A DNA stretch of 54,746 bases from contig JBHGBC010000019.1 of assembly GCA_041946805.1 (NCBI GenBank), forward strand, positions 1 to 54,746, given 5' to 3'. Shown piece after piece: positions 38,351-49,692 of the stretch (position 1 is its first letter; every line of letters begins with the position of its first letter). The notes under the pieces are model-generated. The model saw nothing but the letters and a program-made list of their open reading frames with translations. It was not told where the DNA came from and ran no database searches. Position numbers and translations under genes: made by a program. The DNA is from a bacterium (GTDB lineage: Bacteria; Hinthialibacterota; Hinthialibacteria; Hinthialibacterales; Hinthialibacteraceae).

Positions 38351-40815
38351 GGGCAGCCTCGTTTGCGGCGCGCGTACCACTCCACCGAGAGCATCGCGGC
38401 CAACAGAAAAAAGAACAATGGATTATGCCACAAGTGGAGGCGGGCGGTCTCCGCGCGGGGATCCGGCGTCCAGGGGATGCGGTCAACGAGGCGGGCGGTT
38501 TGATCCAGGGAGACGAACTCGCCGCCGGTCCGCGCGGCGATCTCTTTCAAGAACGCGGGATTGGCTTGCGGATGGCGGAATTCGCTCTCGTCCGGCTCCA
38601 CCAGAAACGCTTCGTCCAGCGATCCCACCGCTTCGCCCTGCGTGTCCGAGGCCTGGACCGAAAGCCGATGCAGGCCGGTTTCCTGGGACTGAAACTCGCC
38701 GGCGTACAAGCCCGCTTCCTGAATCGATTCCTCCACCCCCAGCGGAATTTTTCTGCCCGAGGGAGTGGTCACTTCGGCGGAAGTCCGCAAACCTTCGCGT
38801 TCGTTGAACTTGCTGTCGCGGATGACCAGATCGAAATGGACCGGGTCCGAGACGAGGTAGGCGTCGGGCTTGTCGCGCAAGGCCACCGGCTGGGGGACAT
38901 CGTTTACCAAGCTTCGGATGACCTGCCGCCACAGCCGCGCGAAAGCCGGATGGTTCTCCTCGGTGTGCATCTGCCAAGGCCAGGTTTCACCCGTGCCCAG
39001 GATGGCGCAGCGGCCATGGCCAAACCGCTGCGCGACGAACAAGGGCTGGTTGTCGAGTTCCGGTGTGTCACTGCGGCTGTAAGCGAAAACCGCCGCGCCC
39101 GGGCGCACCAGGGCGAAGGGAACCAGGTTGTACAATGGCGGCAAATCACTCCAGATTTTTTGATTCATTTCGGGATCGGGATCCAACGCCCATACGCCGG
39201 ATAATTCTCCCTCCCGCGCCGGAACGGCCTGAAACGGATGCGTGGCGCTGAGTTCCTTGAAGAGGGGATCCGGCCTCGCGGGGATCACCGGCAGCAGGGA
39301 TGCGATGGGATTGCCCCCCGGCCGCTCCTCGAGCACCGAATCCCGCCCGGCGAGCACCAGCAAGGAGCCGCCGCGTTTGTCCACGAAGGCGCGGGTCAGC
39401 TCCAACTGTTGGGTCTGGAAGAATCCGGGCTCCACATCGCCCCAGATGATCAGATGGAAAGGAAACAATTCCGCCTCGGCCGCGGGATACCCCTTCCGCA
39501 GTTCGGATTCCGCAGCTCCCAGGCGCAGATAAATGGGTTCATCGTAACGTCCGAATTTCTCCGCGTCCGTGCCGAAGCCCTCGTAGAGCGGATTGCTCAG
39601 GGTGGTCTTGCGGCCCCGGTACACGAATTTCCGTTCGGCGGCGGAGATTTCGATCAGGCTGGTGAGTTGCAGCTGCTCATCCTCCCGCAAGGCCCCGCGG
39701 ATGAATTTGTGCTCCCAATTGGGCCGCGCGCTGACGTAGAGGATGCGGTATTTTTTCGGCGTGTTGTCGATCAAAAAGCGGCGCGCGTTGTTTTGTGTCA
39801 AGCGGTCTTTTCCTGGCGCGCGGATGTCCTTGAGGGCGGCGGGATTTTCCAGCGGCCCGGTGGCGGCCAGCCGCACCCGCGCCTCGTACTCCAGCCAATC
39901 GGGTTTGGCGGGAACGAATTCCAACCGCGCCTGGCCGAGGTGTTCCGGACCGGTGATGGCCAACCGCTGGGATTGGATGATCTTGCCGGATTCGATCACT
40001 TCCACCACGGCTTCTTCTCCCGCCAGACCGGTGGCCTGGATATCCACGTTCACCACCACGGGGCTGCGGTCGAAATGCGTCCGGCGCGCCGAGAGATGGG
40101 TCAACCGGATGTCCCGCCAGGACGCATCGTCATCCAGCCCGACGGTGAAGACGGGAGAGGCTTTGGACAGTCCGCTCAAGGGGTCCGCGTCCGGCTTGGC
40201 GGTCTGCTGGATGCCATCGGAAAATAAAATCACGGCGGTGACCGGGTAGCCGTTCCATTCCCGCAGCGCCTGCCGCACCGCGCCCGTGAGGTCCGAACGG
40301 GGCTCCATGAAACGCAGATCGCCCAGCCGCCCGAGCCGTTCGATTTGTTCGCCGAAGCGGTAAGGCACTACCTGGTACTTTTTCCGCAGGGCGTCGACCA
40401 GCTCCTTGCAGGCGGTATTCTCGATGGCCAGCAGGCGGCCGCCGCGCGAGACTCCGCCGGCTCCTTCCACACGCATGCTTTGGGAATCGTCGAACAGCAG
40501 CAGCACGTATTGGTCCGACGGCTGAATCCGGGATCCGGTGACGCAGGGATCGAGGGCCAGGAACAAGGCGAGGAGCACCACGATTGCCCGTAACCCAGAC
40601 AGCGCGTAGCGCGGCCGGCGCCGCAAGTGGGCAAGACGCGTCCCCGAGTACCACCCGGCGCCCAGGCCGGCGGCCAGCAGCAAAAACAGGCCGGTCTTCC
40701 AGGCCACCGGCGAATTGAAGGCCAAGTGGACCGCGGTCAGATCGTTCACGCCCGGTCCCGCCAGCCAATCCAGCCAACTCACAATAGTCACACTCCAAGG
40801 TATTTGCTCGATCAC
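38347..40815 (-). CDS. membrane-anchored vWA plus glutamine amidotransferase-like domain protein
   Basis: N-terminal TM helices; MIDAS DDSQSM and FSDG; RPNWEHKFI; C-terminal TM LSVEWYARRKRG. Confidence 0.85.
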   Translation of the reverse strand: MIEQIPWSVTIVSWLDWLAGPGVNDLTAVHLAFNSPVAWKTGLFLLLAAGLGAGWYSGTRLAHLRRRPRYALSGLRAIVVLLALFLALDPCVTGSRIQPSDQYVLLLFDDSQSMRVEGAGGVSRGGRLLAIENTACKELVDALRKKYQVVPYRFGEQIERLGRLGDLRFMEPRSDLTGAVRQALREWNGYPVTAVILFSDGIQQTAKPDADPLSGLSKASPVFTVGLDDDASWRDIRLTHLSARRTHFDRSPVVVNVDIQATGLAGEEAVVEVIESGKIIQSQRLAITGPEHLGQARLEFVPAKPDWLEYEARVRLAATGPLENPAALKDIRAPGKDRLTQNNARRFLIDNTPKKYRILYVSARPNWEHKFIRGALREDEQLQLTSLIEISAAERKFVYRGRKTTLSNPLYEGFGTDAEKFGRYDEPIYLRLGAAESELRKGYPAAEAELFPFHLIIWGDVEPGFFQTQQLELTRAFVDKRGGSLLVLAGRDSVLEERPGGNPIASLLPVIPARPDPLFKELSATHPFQAVPAREGELSGVWALDPDPEMNQKIWSDLPPLYNLVPFALVRPGAAVFAYSRSDTPELDNQPLFVAQRFGHGRCAILGTGETWPWQMHTEENHPAFARLWRQVIRSLVNDVPQPVALRDKPDAYLVSDPVHFDLVIRDSKFNEREGLRTSAEVTTPSGRKIPLGVEESIQEAGLYAGEFQSQETGLHRLSVQASDTQGEAVGSLDEAFLVEPDESEFRHPQANPAFLKEIAARTGGEFVSLDQTARLVDRIPWTPDPRAETARLHLWHNPLFFFLLAAMLSVEWYARRKRGCP

Positions 40816-43800
40816 CGCGCCGGTTCGGATTCCGAAAGGGCTTTGAAATACTCGGCCACCTGCTTTTGATACCGGGCGGGAACGCCGCCCTCACCGCGCA
40901 ACACAAATTCCCGCTGGGCCAATCGCCGCTCGATTTCTTCGCTGATTTGGGCCGCGGTCTCCACCAGGGGATTGTAAACCAGCCGCGAGATCAAATCGTA
41001 AATCGGCGGCCGGCTGGAACGCCGGTAATCACTCCGCAACTCTTCCAGGGTCTCCCGGATCTCCGCGATCTCCTGGCGGTAGGGACTGTTCTCCGGCAGC
41101 AACGGCTCGGCGTCGCGCAGGGTTTCCAGCCATCGCGCCGCGTCCTCGTCCATGAAGCGCCGCAAGGCCTCGGGCGTGCGGGGGAAATCGAACCGCTCCC
41201 TGAAAATGCGGCCGCCGCCCGGCCCGCTTCCGCCATACCCGCGCCGGTCGTATTCGCCGCCTGTGCCTCCTACGTTGCGGCTGATTGGGGGATTGCCGTC
41301 ATCCGGCCGCCCCGGCGTCTCACCCGATTGTCCTTCTTGCCGCCCCTGTTGTTGTCCATCTTGTTGCAATTGGGATGAGGCTTGGGATGGCCCTTGGGCG
41401 GATTCCGCGTCACGGCCTTGCGAAGCGGATCCTTCCCGTTCTCCGTTTGTCTCTCCCCGTTCTCCGGCTTGAGAATCGCTGGGCGTGGAGGCATTGGATT
41501 CTTGCCGCGGCTGGCCCGTATTGGCCGAAGTTTCCCCGGTCGCGCCCTCCACTCCGGCAGCCGGCCCGGGATGATTCGAATTTCGCTCCAGTGCTCCGGT
41601 GGAATTCGCAACGGTATCGAGGGCGATGGCGCGTTCCTCATCCGGCGGGGATTCTTCCATCACCCGGCGTAACCGTTTTAGGGCCTGGCGCAGGCCTTCC
41701 AAGTCGTCTCCAATCAGGAAATCGGATATCTCCTGAAGTTCCCGCGCCGCCTCGTTGATTTTCTGGACGATTATCTCTTCCTGGGCGATGGCCGAATCCC
41801 AGATGCCGTAATGAATCAGCGGCAGGTTCTTCTCCTTTTCGATCTCTTCCAAAATCTCCTTCTGGCTGGTGCGCCGCAGCCAATCCCCCAGCTTTTGCGA
41901 CATGAGTTTCTGGCTCTGTTCCGAGCGTTCGGCCAGGCGGCCGGCTTCGTCCAACAGGTTCTTAAAATCCCGCGCCAGTTCTTCCCTCTGCTTCAGGAGA
42001 TCGTCCTTGGGCCCGTCCAGGGTTTCATCGAGCGCGGTTTGGGGCGACTCGAGTTCCTCCTTGAGTTTCTTCAATCCCTCCCGGATGGTTTGCTCCCGGG
42101 CGGTGATTTCCGCCATCCGCTCCTGGAGCTCGCTCAGCTTTTGCGCGGCGGCGTCCCGTGAATACTGGCGCAGATTCTTCTCCACCTGATTCAGCTCCGA
42201 TATTGCGCGAGATCCGGCCGACCGCGCCTCCTGCAGCTGGCTCTGTTCGAGATTTTCCAGGCCCCGGTTCATCTGCTCGCGGACATTTTCGAGATTTGGG
42301 CGGGCTTCCGCCTGGCTGGGAGTGTTCATGGGACGCGCGGAAAAATCCTGTTGCAGTTCATCAAGCCGCTCCAGGTTGCGTTGTTCTTCCTCGATCAGTT
42401 TTTCCAGCCGGCGGCGCAATTCTTCCCGTTCCTCTTCGGTGTCCGCGGATGGCTGTTCGGAGATCAACTTGGATATTTCCTCCTGGATGTTCCGCTGGCG
42501 CTGGGTCAGTTCCTTGATGTGGCTGAGCGATTCATCCGCCTGGGCCAGCTCTTCCTGGGGCCGCCGCTCTTCCTCGTAGAAGTTGCGGGTGCGGTTGAGT
42601 TCCAATTCGTTGATCTCCGGACGGTCTTGTTGTTGTTGCCCGCCGCCTTGCGCCGCGCTCGCCAGCTGCTCTTGCACCTGGGACCGTTCCGGCTGCATTT
42701 TGAGGATCAACCGGTAGGCGGTTTGTTCATGGCCGGCCGCCTCGGTCAACGCCTCGGCGGGTTCGGGAAGGTTCGCGCTTTCCAAGGCTTTCACGGCCTG
42801 GTCCATCGCTTCCCGCAGACTGGCCCGGTCCGAGGGGGAACCCTCCAGCATCGACTCGCCCGACGCGGTCCGCTCGCGCAATTGTTGCTGCGCTTCGATG
42901 ATCGCGCCGCGTTTTTCCTGGTACTCGGCCTCGGCCAAAGATTTGCCATTCCGGCGCAGGTTCCAAGTGGCGATCAGGATTTCCTTCTGGCTGGCTGCGT
43001 CCTGACCGGCTCCGCCGCCTCCACCGCCTCCGGATTGGTTCTGATCACCGGATTGATTGGAGATGGCTTCTTCATACAAGTGCTTGAACGGGAGGATTTC
43101 TAAAAAATAAGGATCACCCAGTTCTTCAAACGCGTCTCGGCCCGGCTTTTGGTCCTTCGCCCAGACCGTCCAGGTCACGAGGTCGCCTGGCTCCACGTCC
43201 ATTTCTTCCAGCATCAAATCATACCGGCCTCGCGCCTGGGTGAGGGACGCGCCGTTTTCCGGTTCCGGGAGCAGAGAAATCCGCACCGGATCACGCCCCG
43301 CCACTTCATACTGCAAGCCGTAATCCGCCAGGCCGTGGTCGTCAGTCACCTCCAATTCAAAGGGAACCTCCTCCAGCATGGTGACTCCCTGGTCGGAACG
43401 GGGAAACGCGATCTTCACCTGGGGCGGCGCGTCGGGCACGGCTTGGATTTCATACACGGGATCGTATTCGCTGGCGTCGCCGTTGCGGTCCGTGAGATGA
43501 ATCGAATACGATCCGTTTTCGGTCAGCACGAATTCCGTTACCCACAGTTTCCCGGCGGCTGCTTTCATGGGCAGGCGCTCGCCGGTGTTCAAAACCAGTT
43601 CCGCGCTTACCAGTGGTTTGTTCACCCAGGCGGAGATCCGCGCGCGCGTGCCCTCCACGGCGGAAATCGCCCCGCCGTTCGGGACTTCTTTCGGTTCCAT
43701 TCCCAAGTAATCCGGGTAGGTGTAGGTCAGGTCGATCGACTCCACCCGCGGCGGATACCACACCGTGACGCGGTAGACGTCCGAGGATCGGTTGCCGTAC

Positions 43801-44591
43801 TGCACCTGGTACTCCACGTCGTTCTGGATGTTGGGGAACGTGTGATAAAACGCGCCGCCGGAGGGGCTGGGCTCCATCGCCGCGGCGTTCCAGGGAGCGT
43901 CACCCGTCCGCCAACGGATGGCGGCCGGAAATCCCGTCTGGCTGGGCCGCGCCAACACCACCTGCTGGTCCCCCCGCCGCACCCGCGCGTCGCCCGGCTC
44001 GACCGTGAAATCGGGCGCGGATACCCGGGTCTCCGGAGCGGATTGGGCCCAATGGAATTCGGGAATCCAGACACGATGGAAGCCGGACAGGATCCCGAGC
44101 GACACGATGAAAAAGCCGGCTGTGATCAACACCCTTTTGACGAGGGTGTCGGTATTCAACAGATCGGAAAACGAAATCCGGCGGGTGAATTGTTCGGATT
44201 CCTTGAAAAACTGCTCGATCATCCAGGCGGAAGATCCGCGGTTGTCTCCCTTCCGGAACTCGACCGCGCTGATGATCCGGTTTTCCAGCTCCGGATGGTT
44301 CTCCTCGATATACAAGGCGATGCGTTGCGGCGCGACGGGTTCCCGCAAGGGCCGGTAGAACCAATACCAGACGGCCCATCCCTCGCACGCCAGAAACAGC
44401 AGCAACAGCCACCCCCGCGAAACTTCCCATCCTTGAAGGCCGGACAACAGCAGCGAAAACAACAGGATCAATCCGGCGGTCGCCTGCCCCACCCGGACCA
44501 GGCCGCGCAACACCATGGCGCACGAATATTGATTCGCGACTTGTTGGATCGCGGTTTCCAACTTGGTTGTTCCCGGGGAATTGGATGGCAT
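40812..44591 (-). CDS. DUF4175-like large membrane protein (Ig-like plus long helical region)
   Basis: Three TM segments; LENRIISA; PPRVESIDLTYTYPDY; DDHGL; Q/G-rich linkers; VPARYQKQVAEYFKAL C-terminus. Confidence 0.8.
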   Translation of the reverse strand: MPSNSPGTTKLETAIQQVANQYSCAMVLRGLVRVGQATAGLILLFSLLLSGLQGWEVSRGWLLLLFLACEGWAVWYWFYRPLREPVAPQRIALYIEENHPELENRIISAVEFRKGDNRGSSAWMIEQFFKESEQFTRRISFSDLLNTDTLVKRVLITAGFFIVSLGILSGFHRVWIPEFHWAQSAPETRVSAPDFTVEPGDARVRRGDQQVVLARPSQTGFPAAIRWRTGDAPWNAAAMEPSPSGGAFYHTFPNIQNDVEYQVQYGNRSSDVYRVTVWYPPRVESIDLTYTYPDYLGMEPKEVPNGGAISAVEGTRARISAWVNKPLVSAELVLNTGERLPMKAAAGKLWVTEFVLTENGSYSIHLTDRNGDASEYDPVYEIQAVPDAPPQVKIAFPRSDQGVTMLEEVPFELEVTDDHGLADYGLQYEVAGRDPVRISLLPEPENGASLTQARGRYDLMLEEMDVEPGDLVTWTVWAKDQKPGRDAFEELGDPYFLEILPFKHLYEEAISNQSGDQNQSGGGGGGGAGQDAASQKEILIATWNLRRNGKSLAEAEYQEKRGAIIEAQQQLRERTASGESMLEGSPSDRASLREAMDQAVKALESANLPEPAEALTEAAGHEQTAYRLILKMQPERSQVQEQLASAAQGGGQQQQDRPEINELELNRTRNFYEEERRPQEELAQADESLSHIKELTQRQRNIQEEISKLISEQPSADTEEEREELRRRLEKLIEEEQRNLERLDELQQDFSARPMNTPSQAEARPNLENVREQMNRGLENLEQSQLQEARSAGSRAISELNQVEKNLRQYSRDAAAQKLSELQERMAEITAREQTIREGLKKLKEELESPQTALDETLDGPKDDLLKQREELARDFKNLLDEAGRLAERSEQSQKLMSQKLGDWLRRTSQKEILEEIEKEKNLPLIHYGIWDSAIAQEEIIVQKINEAARELQEISDFLIGDDLEGLRQALKRLRRVMEESPPDEERAIALDTVANSTGALERNSNHPGPAAGVEGATGETSANTGQPRQESNASTPSDSQAGERGETNGEREGSASQGRDAESAQGPSQASSQLQQDGQQQGRQEGQSGETPGRPDDGNPPISRNVGGTGGEYDRRGYGGSGPGGGRIFRERFDFPRTPEALRRFMDEDAARWLETLRDAEPLLPENSPYRQEIAEIRETLEELRSDYRRSSRPPIYDLISRLVYNPLVETAAQISEEIERRLAQREFVLRGEGGVPARYQKQVAEYFKALSESEPAR

Positions 44592-44612
44592 GGTACTCGC
44601 TCCTTTCCCTGA

Positions 44613-46790
44613 TTACCGGCTCGATGCGCGGGCCTGGGTCTTCGCTTTTTCCTGTTCCTGAGCGGCCAGCCGCGAGGCGTAGCCGCTTTCCACCAGCAGG
44701 CCGATAAACAAGAGGACCAAAAACACCCGCCCGAATTCCCGCCGCGCCGCGGCGTCTTCTTCCAGGGATGTCTTCTCGGGAGTGGCGGCAGACTGCAACG
44801 CGATCTTAGGACGGGTGCACAACCGGGCGGTCAACTCTTCGGGCGGGACGCGCGCCGGATTCGATTCCGCCGCGTTTACGTTCACACTGTCCACGCGCGC
44901 CCATTCCGTTTGATCCTCCGCCCGCCAACGCAGCCAGCCCGGTTTTTCCAGCGATACCGGCTGTTGTGAGAAGGCTTCCGGCGCCAACGCGAGAATCGCC
45001 TCACTGCCCGGCGGCTGGATACTCCACCGCGCGGGGGCAGGTTGGACTGGAGGAGGCTCACTCAATTGTTCACCCACCAGCCAGACACTTTTTTCTTCCC
45101 GGCCGCCGGCGAGATGAAAGAGTGTTTCATACAACAAGGGAACGAACTTCGGGCTTTTGGGCAGATTGCTCCATTCCAGGTCCGGGCTGAACGCCCAGAG
45201 TATGACTTGCCCTTCGCCCAGCGGGATTTCGAGCATCGCGGGATGGATCTTTCCCGATGAATCGCCTTCCAACCGCGCCAGGACCTTTGGCCCGCTCGAT
45301 CCCGGCGCCGGTTCGAGGAGGACATAATTATTAAAATGGACCGGAGAGAAATCGTTCAACTGCGATCCTTGGAACACGCGGAATATGGGATGCTCGAAGT
45401 CGATCCACGAGAGCAAATCGAACCGCTCCGTGCTGGTTTCGGAATACCGGAAGCCGGCCGAGTGTAATCCCAGCGCGGGCAGCAGGAAGGCATTCAACGT
45501 TTCAGGAGTCATGGTTTGATTCAAGAACATAAATACCTGGCCGCCTTGCCGCGCGGTGGCCAGAATCCGTTCCGCCGTGTCCGCCGCGAGTCCGTTGAGG
45601 TCCCCGGCGATGAGGATATCCGCGGCCGGCCCGCCTTCCCGGGATTCTTTCGTAAATTCCGCTGGCGGTATAAACCGCAAGGTCCAGGGTTGATACTCTT
45701 CGGCGCTCAGCGCCCGCTCCAGAAACCAAGCCGCCGGCCAGCGTTTTTCCGGCTGGGGATCCGCGAGGATCAGGAGGCGCAATTGACGGGGCGGATTCCA
45801 CGCGAAGAACCGCTTGTTGTCGAGCGCCAGGGCGTCATCGCCGATTTCGAGCCAACCCTCATGAATCCGGTCCAGTTTCGCGGGAATGGTAAACGAGACC
45901 TGCGTGGCGTTGCCGGGCTTCACCGGTATTTGCGCTTGGCCGGCTTCGATTCCGTCCACGAAAAGCCGGACGTTGCGGGGCTGCTCATCGGCGGCCGACC
46001 AGTTTCTGATTTTCCCTTGGATCCGCAGTTCGCCCGCGGGAGTGGGCCGGACCAACATATCCGTGAGCGTGTAATTCACTCCCTCCGAGGTTCCCACTTC
46101 GATGGGATCCAATTCGATCCGCGGCGAGAGTTTCCACTCCGACAGGTCTTCCGGCATCCCGGCCCGCTGCAAATCGCTGACCAGGTGGATAATCCGCATG
46201 CGATCCGTATCGGACTGCTCCGCCAGCAGCCAATCCTGGGCCAGCCGCAGGGCGGGGAGAAAGGCGGTTTTCTCTTCGGTCAACTTGGCGGAATCGACCG
46301 CCCGCCGTGCCCGGGGGATCGCGCCGGCCTCCGGATCCGCCTGGTCACGCCATGGCGCGAGGGGCAACGGTTTCTCCGCGAAACCGATGACGCCCACCCG
46401 GTCCCGGGATTTGAGGGAATCGAGAAGAGCCCCCGCTTTCTGTTTCGCTTCCGCGAAATGGTTTCCAGTACCCATGCTGTACGAGAGATCGAGCAGAATC
46501 ACATGCCATTCGGATTCCTTGGCCTCCTGGGCCAGGGCCGGCGTCAAGATATAAGGCCGCAGGAACGCGGCCACCAGCAACACGAGCAGCAACATGCGCA
46601 ACAGCATAAGGAGAACGTGCTGGACTTTCCGCCGCTCGATGACTTCCTTCTGCACACGGGGGACGAACATCAGACTGCTGAAACGCACGGTTTCCCGCTC
46701 GGGCCGCCGGATGCGGTGGACGATCCAGGGAACCGCCAGCAGCGAAAGGCCGGCGAAAAAGAGAGGCGCGAGAAACGAGAGTCCCATCAC
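44613..46790 (-). CDS. BatA-like N-terminal domain plus vWA protein
   Basis: FLAPLFFAGL...PWIVH...FSSLMF; LDLSYSM MIDAS; SDLQ; C-terminal TM. Confidence 0.88.
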   Translation of the reverse strand: MMGLSFLAPLFFAGLSLLAVPWIVHRIRRPERETVRFSSLMFVPRVQKEVIERRKVQHVLLMLLRMLLLVLLVAAFLRPYILTPALAQEAKESEWHVILLDLSYSMGTGNHFAEAKQKAGALLDSLKSRDRVGVIGFAEKPLPLAPWRDQADPEAGAIPRARRAVDSAKLTEEKTAFLPALRLAQDWLLAEQSDTDRMRIIHLVSDLQRAGMPEDLSEWKLSPRIELDPIEVGTSEGVNYTLTDMLVRPTPAGELRIQGKIRNWSAADEQPRNVRLFVDGIEAGQAQIPVKPGNATQVSFTIPAKLDRIHEGWLEIGDDALALDNKRFFAWNPPRQLRLLILADPQPEKRWPAAWFLERALSAEEYQPWTLRFIPPAEFTKESREGGPAADILIAGDLNGLAADTAERILATARQGGQVFMFLNQTMTPETLNAFLLPALGLHSAGFRYSETSTERFDLLSWIDFEHPIFRVFQGSQLNDFSPVHFNNYVLLEPAPGSSGPKVLARLEGDSSGKIHPAMLEIPLGEGQVILWAFSPDLEWSNLPKSPKFVPLLYETLFHLAGGREEKSVWLVGEQLSEPPPVQPAPARWSIQPPGSEAILALAPEAFSQQPVSLEKPGWLRWRAEDQTEWARVDSVNVNAAESNPARVPPEELTARLCTRPKIALQSAATPEKTSLEEDAAARREFGRVFLVLLFIGLLVESGYASRLAAQEQEKAKTQARASSR

Positions 46791-47731
46791 CGTCCTCCAC
46801 TGTGCGGCCGGTTGCGGCGGGCGCTGGTGGCCATCAACAAGGCGTTACGCCGTTCGATGAAATACCGCAGCGCGCGGTCGAGCGGTTCCGACGTGACGAA
46901 CTCCTCGTAATCGGCCTCGGCGGCCAGGCATTCCTGGCGGATGCGGGAAAAGTGCGCATTCCGGTTTTGGAGATATTCCTCCCGCACCGCCGCGGGCACG
47001 ACGAATTGTTCCTCCTCCTCCTCGGCGTCGATCAGGGTCACGGCGCGGTCGAAGGGAAACGTCTGCTCGGCCGGATCGCTGATCTGAAAGACCATCAGGT
47101 CGTGTTTCCGCGCCTGCAGGGATTTCAGGTTTTCGAGCATGGCATCGGCGGGATGCAGCAAGTCGGAGATCAGCGCCACCATGCCCCGCGGCTGGATAAC
47201 ATCGCCCAGGTAGCGCAAGGTCTCCGCCGTGTCGGTGCGATGGGAAGGCTGCTGGTTGTCCAACTCGGTCAGGAGGCGGTACGCGTGCTGGGGCGTGGCC
47301 TTGGGGGGGATGTAGGCGCGGATGGTGTGATCGTACACGATCAAACCCACGGCGTCCTTTTGCCGGGACAGGATCATGGCCAGGCAGGCGGCCAGCATGC
47401 GGGCGTACTGAAACTTGCCGGCCGCGCCGGAGGCGTAGGCCATGGAGGCGCTGGCGTCCAAGAGCAGCGTGCAGCGCAGGTTGGTCTCGTCCTGGAACTG
47501 CTTCACGTGCAGGCGGTCGGTGCGCGCGTAAAGATCCCAGTCCACGAAGCGGGGATCGTCGCCCTGCGTATAGGGCCGGTATTGCGCGAATTCGATCGAG
47601 GAACCGTAGCGGGGGCTGCGGTGAAAGCCGGCCAGAAATCCCTCGACCACCGTGCGGGCCATGAGATGCAGGTCCGTGACCTGGACCAGCTGCTCTGGAT
47701 CGATGAACTGAAGTGGGTGGCTCGCGCTCAC
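46787..47731 (-). CDS. DUF58 domain protein (MoxR-associated)
   Basis: GFHRSPRYGSSIEFAQYRPYTQGDDPRFVDW; LDASASM; ISDL. Confidence 0.93.
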   Translation of the reverse strand: MSASHPLQFIDPEQLVQVTDLHLMARTVVEGFLAGFHRSPRYGSSIEFAQYRPYTQGDDPRFVDWDLYARTDRLHVKQFQDETNLRCTLLLDASASMAYASGAAGKFQYARMLAACLAMILSRQKDAVGLIVYDHTIRAYIPPKATPQHAYRLLTELDNQQPSHRTDTAETLRYLGDVIQPRGMVALISDLLHPADAMLENLKSLQARKHDLMVFQISDPAEQTFPFDRAVTLIDAEEEEEQFVVPAAVREEYLQNRNAHFSRIRQECLAAEADYEEFVTSEPLDRALRYFIERRNALLMATSARRNRPHSGGR

Positions 47732-47756
47732 GGCCGTCCTCCCGGAACGAAGGCCT

Positions 47757-48815
<1,059 letters not shown>

Positions 48816-48836
48816 GTGTTTGGAAAATGGCCGCGG

Positions 48837-49691
48837 TCAATGCGTCATGGCGTAGACCACGATGTTGATTCCCAAGGGATACGCTTTTTTGGCCGAGAAT
48901 TCTTCAAAGTACTGCGGATTCACGGCCTCCTCCTCCCACCCGTCCCCAAGATCGGTATTATGCAGAATCACCGCCATCAGGCGGCCCCGCTTATCGAATA
49001 CCCCCTTGCAGTGCGGCACGCGGCTGTCTTCGAACCGCTCCGACGTCTCACCCCCGCTTCCCGCCCAAAATCCGATGGAAGGGATCTGTGGCACTTCGCT
49101 GACCTCGAAGACGATATGAAAAATTTCGTGATCGAGGGGAACATCCACCATGGGATATTCCTCGGGCGGAAAAACCTTGCTGAACTCCATTTCCCAATTC
49201 GCCCAGGCCTCGGATCCCCAGAAGTCATCCACCATCAAGAATCCGCCGCGCAACAAGTACGACCGCAGCCGTCCCGCTTCTTCATCCCGGAAATACAGGC
49301 CTCCCACTTCCAGCATATAGAGAAACGGATAGTTGAACAGTTCATCCTCCATCAAGCCGACGATGGCGTGCTTGATGTTTCCCTCCGGATCCCGGTTCAA
49401 CCGGATGGTGGTCAATTCCGAAAGCCGCTGGGAGAAATTCAGGTCGGATTCGGGATAATCGGTTTGCCATGAGCCGCCCCAGCCCCGGCGCCGCCCCCCC
49501 CTCCCATAACTGTTGTAACGCAGGCGGCAAAACGTGAACGAATCGCCGGGGAAAATATCCCGTTCCGGCGGCGTGTAATCCATATACGGCCGCCGCCCCC
49601 AGTATTGGGCGAAGGCTTCCGGCAGGCTGGCGAGGCCCAGCGCCGCGGCCGCCAGGATCAAACCACTGAGAAGCCAATACCGGCGTTTCAT
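48837..49691 (-). CDS. DUF4159 domain exported protein
   Basis: Signal peptide; WQTDYPESD; YPFLYM; LRSYLLRGGFLMVDDFWG; NTDLGDGWE; GINIVVYAMTH. Confidence 0.88.
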   Translation of the reverse strand: MKRRYWLLSGLILAAAALGLASLPEAFAQYWGRRPYMDYTPPERDIFPGDSFTFCRLRYNSYGRGGRRRGWGGSWQTDYPESDLNFSQRLSELTTIRLNRDPEGNIKHAIVGLMEDELFNYPFLYMLEVGGLYFRDEEAGRLRSYLLRGGFLMVDDFWGSEAWANWEMEFSKVFPPEEYPMVDVPLDHEIFHIVFEVSEVPQIPSIGFWAGSGGETSERFEDSRVPHCKGVFDKRGRLMAVILHNTDLGDGWEEEAVNPQYFEEFSAKKAYPLGINIVVYAMTH

Positions 49692-49692
49692 T